Positions 62,480 through 64,000 of a DNA stretch of 64,000 nucleotides are shown piece by piece. Below the pieces are notes generated by a model, which had not been told where the DNA came from, did no database searches, and saw only the letters and a program-made list of their open reading frames with translations. Each line of letters starts with the position of its first letter. Positions within the stretch are counted from its first letter, which is position 1. Made by a program: the position numbers and the translations under genes. The stretch spans positions 1,302,001 through 1,366,000 of the forward strand of contig CM039010.1 in assembly GCA_017499595.2 (NCBI GenBank). The letters run 5' to 3'. This stretch comes from Psilocybe cubensis (lineage: Eukaryota).

Positions 62480-64000
62480 CTCAGACGTCTGTGGATCCTG
62501 ACACCGTGCTCTCGATCTCGTTCAGCATGGATTCATCTTTACCCTCGATCTTGATTCCATATGCTAGATGGTCTCCAAGCGAAAGAAATTGCGATCTTCT
62601 GCTACAAGTTCATTCAATCACTCAATATACATGACGTTGAAATATTTATCACAAAACAGACGATGCCACCTCAAGTACTTCAGTCACGATTTTCCGCAGA
62701 CCCTTCTATTTTTTCTGCGATAGCGGAGGTATGGCTGCTGGTTCTATCAACCTTGTTGGAAATGGAATCTTCTATGCTTTCTGCCATGTTCTGCACGTGT
62801 TTCAAGTGACCGATATGCGCAGGTTTGACTTGAATGTTGAATGGGAGTTTAGGATGAAGTTAGTGAGATAAGCAGACGTTGTATAGAGACTTACCTTGCT
62901 CATTCCTTGCATTGTCTGTTTTTTGCAACTGTACTTTCGACTTTGAGCTCGAGTTGTCAAGAAATTTCCCCAGTTCATCAACTTGCTGTTGCTTCGCTAC
63001 GTCAAATATTTAGCGGTCAATGGAATGATTGCTATCAATGATTACAATACCCACAGTAGCCTGACATCGTGCGATTCTTCAAGAATTGGACGTTCTGCGA
63101 AGTAAGGTGGTAAACAAAATAAGGAGCGTGATTTGTGAGCGGAGATATTGGGATGAATGGAAGTTTCAGACAGTGACTCAAGTTCCTCCTACTCTCCCTT
63201 GGAGCAAGTTAAACATTTTCCGCCATGGAGGAGCTGAATGACAGAAGCTACACCCGCACTCTCCACAGGTACACTGAAATTCGCACAATTATAGGATGGA
63301 AAGCCAATGAACATTGTATGGCATGGATCTCATACAATCAAGTTCGACTTAAGCTACGAGAGAAAGGGGCGAAGGATGAACATTTCTACAATTATCCCAT
63401 GAACTTGCCATGGAGTTCTTCAGTAGGGAGATTGTTTTCTGCTTTCTCTTTGGTAGTCCCTCTGACTTTGTGATCTTGACAAACGATTCATATCAGGAAG
63501 AACTAACTGCAATAGTTTTAATGCACTCACTCATTTTGATGCTATGGCGATCTGCCGCAGGTTGGTTCGCTCTCGGGCCCGTCGGTGCACTGTCCCTTTC
63601 TCCCATAGCGAATCGTTCGAAAGCCTCGTCATTGTGATAGATATTGCTTCCATCAGTACCCTCTCCCTCAGCACCGTGTACGCGGTGCTTGTGCATATGC
63701 GGTGCAGGCTCTGAAGAGACATGATAGAGTACTCAGATCTTTGATAATACCGAAAGAAAACTTATACCGACCTTTAGACTGTTTGAGGGCATCGAGTTTT
63801 GCCTCAGCTATCTGTTGCTCCAATCTGGAAGAGCCTGGATCTTGCATAGTGTGCTTGAGAGTATCGATTTCTTGCCTTTCTTTTTGACTGAACTGTGTAT
63901 TTTGACCTATACGTGCGCCGCTTCTGTAAGTCAAAGGTGGTTTGTGGAAAAAAATTCAAAAAACTCACGTTCTGATGACATATTGAATTTGAGAATGACT
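62480..64000 (-). pseudogene. 3' part of a spliced coiled-coil gene, apparently disrupted; continues beyond the window
   Basis: Helical fragments (QEIDTLKHTMQD...LEQQIAEAKLDALKQ) between clear splice signals, but stops and frameshifts prevent a clean reading frame. Confidence 0.35.

Overview
Intron-rich eukaryotic DNA from a mushroom-forming basidiomycete (Agaricomycete), inferred from 45-65 nt GT-AG introns with CTRAC branch points, microexons and lineage-typical gene families. Spliced gene coordinates are my manual start-to-stop reconstructions; internal splice sites are approximate. Order of content: a transposon-rich 3.5 kb segment (three different non-autonomous TIR elements around an initiator tRNA-Met), a divergent velvet-family regulator, mitochondrial MnSOD, two F-box-type genes, two tandem thaumatin-like genes directly downstream of beta-1,3-glucan synthase FKS1, a tandem pair of intronless F-box-like genes, UPF3 head-to-head with a probable non-coding intron that hosts a C/D-box snoRNA and then SYF2, a LovD/beta-lactamase-like pseudogene, a stand-alone adenylation-domain gene, an intact LovD/beta-lactamase-like gene, a WH1+CRIB protein, a type II NADH dehydrogenase, an HSL-family hydrolase, an arrestin-like gene, a con-6 gene and a degraded coiled-coil gene at the right edge. 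Best leads: the FKS1-thaumatin beta-glucan module with a non-canonical echinocandin hot spot; the intronic snoRNA predicted to target the LSU rRNA U2410 equivalent; tandemly duplicated exon-intron units inside a TIR element; and the stand-alone A-domain between two LovD-like genes. I cannot establish from sequence alone that any of these is novel.
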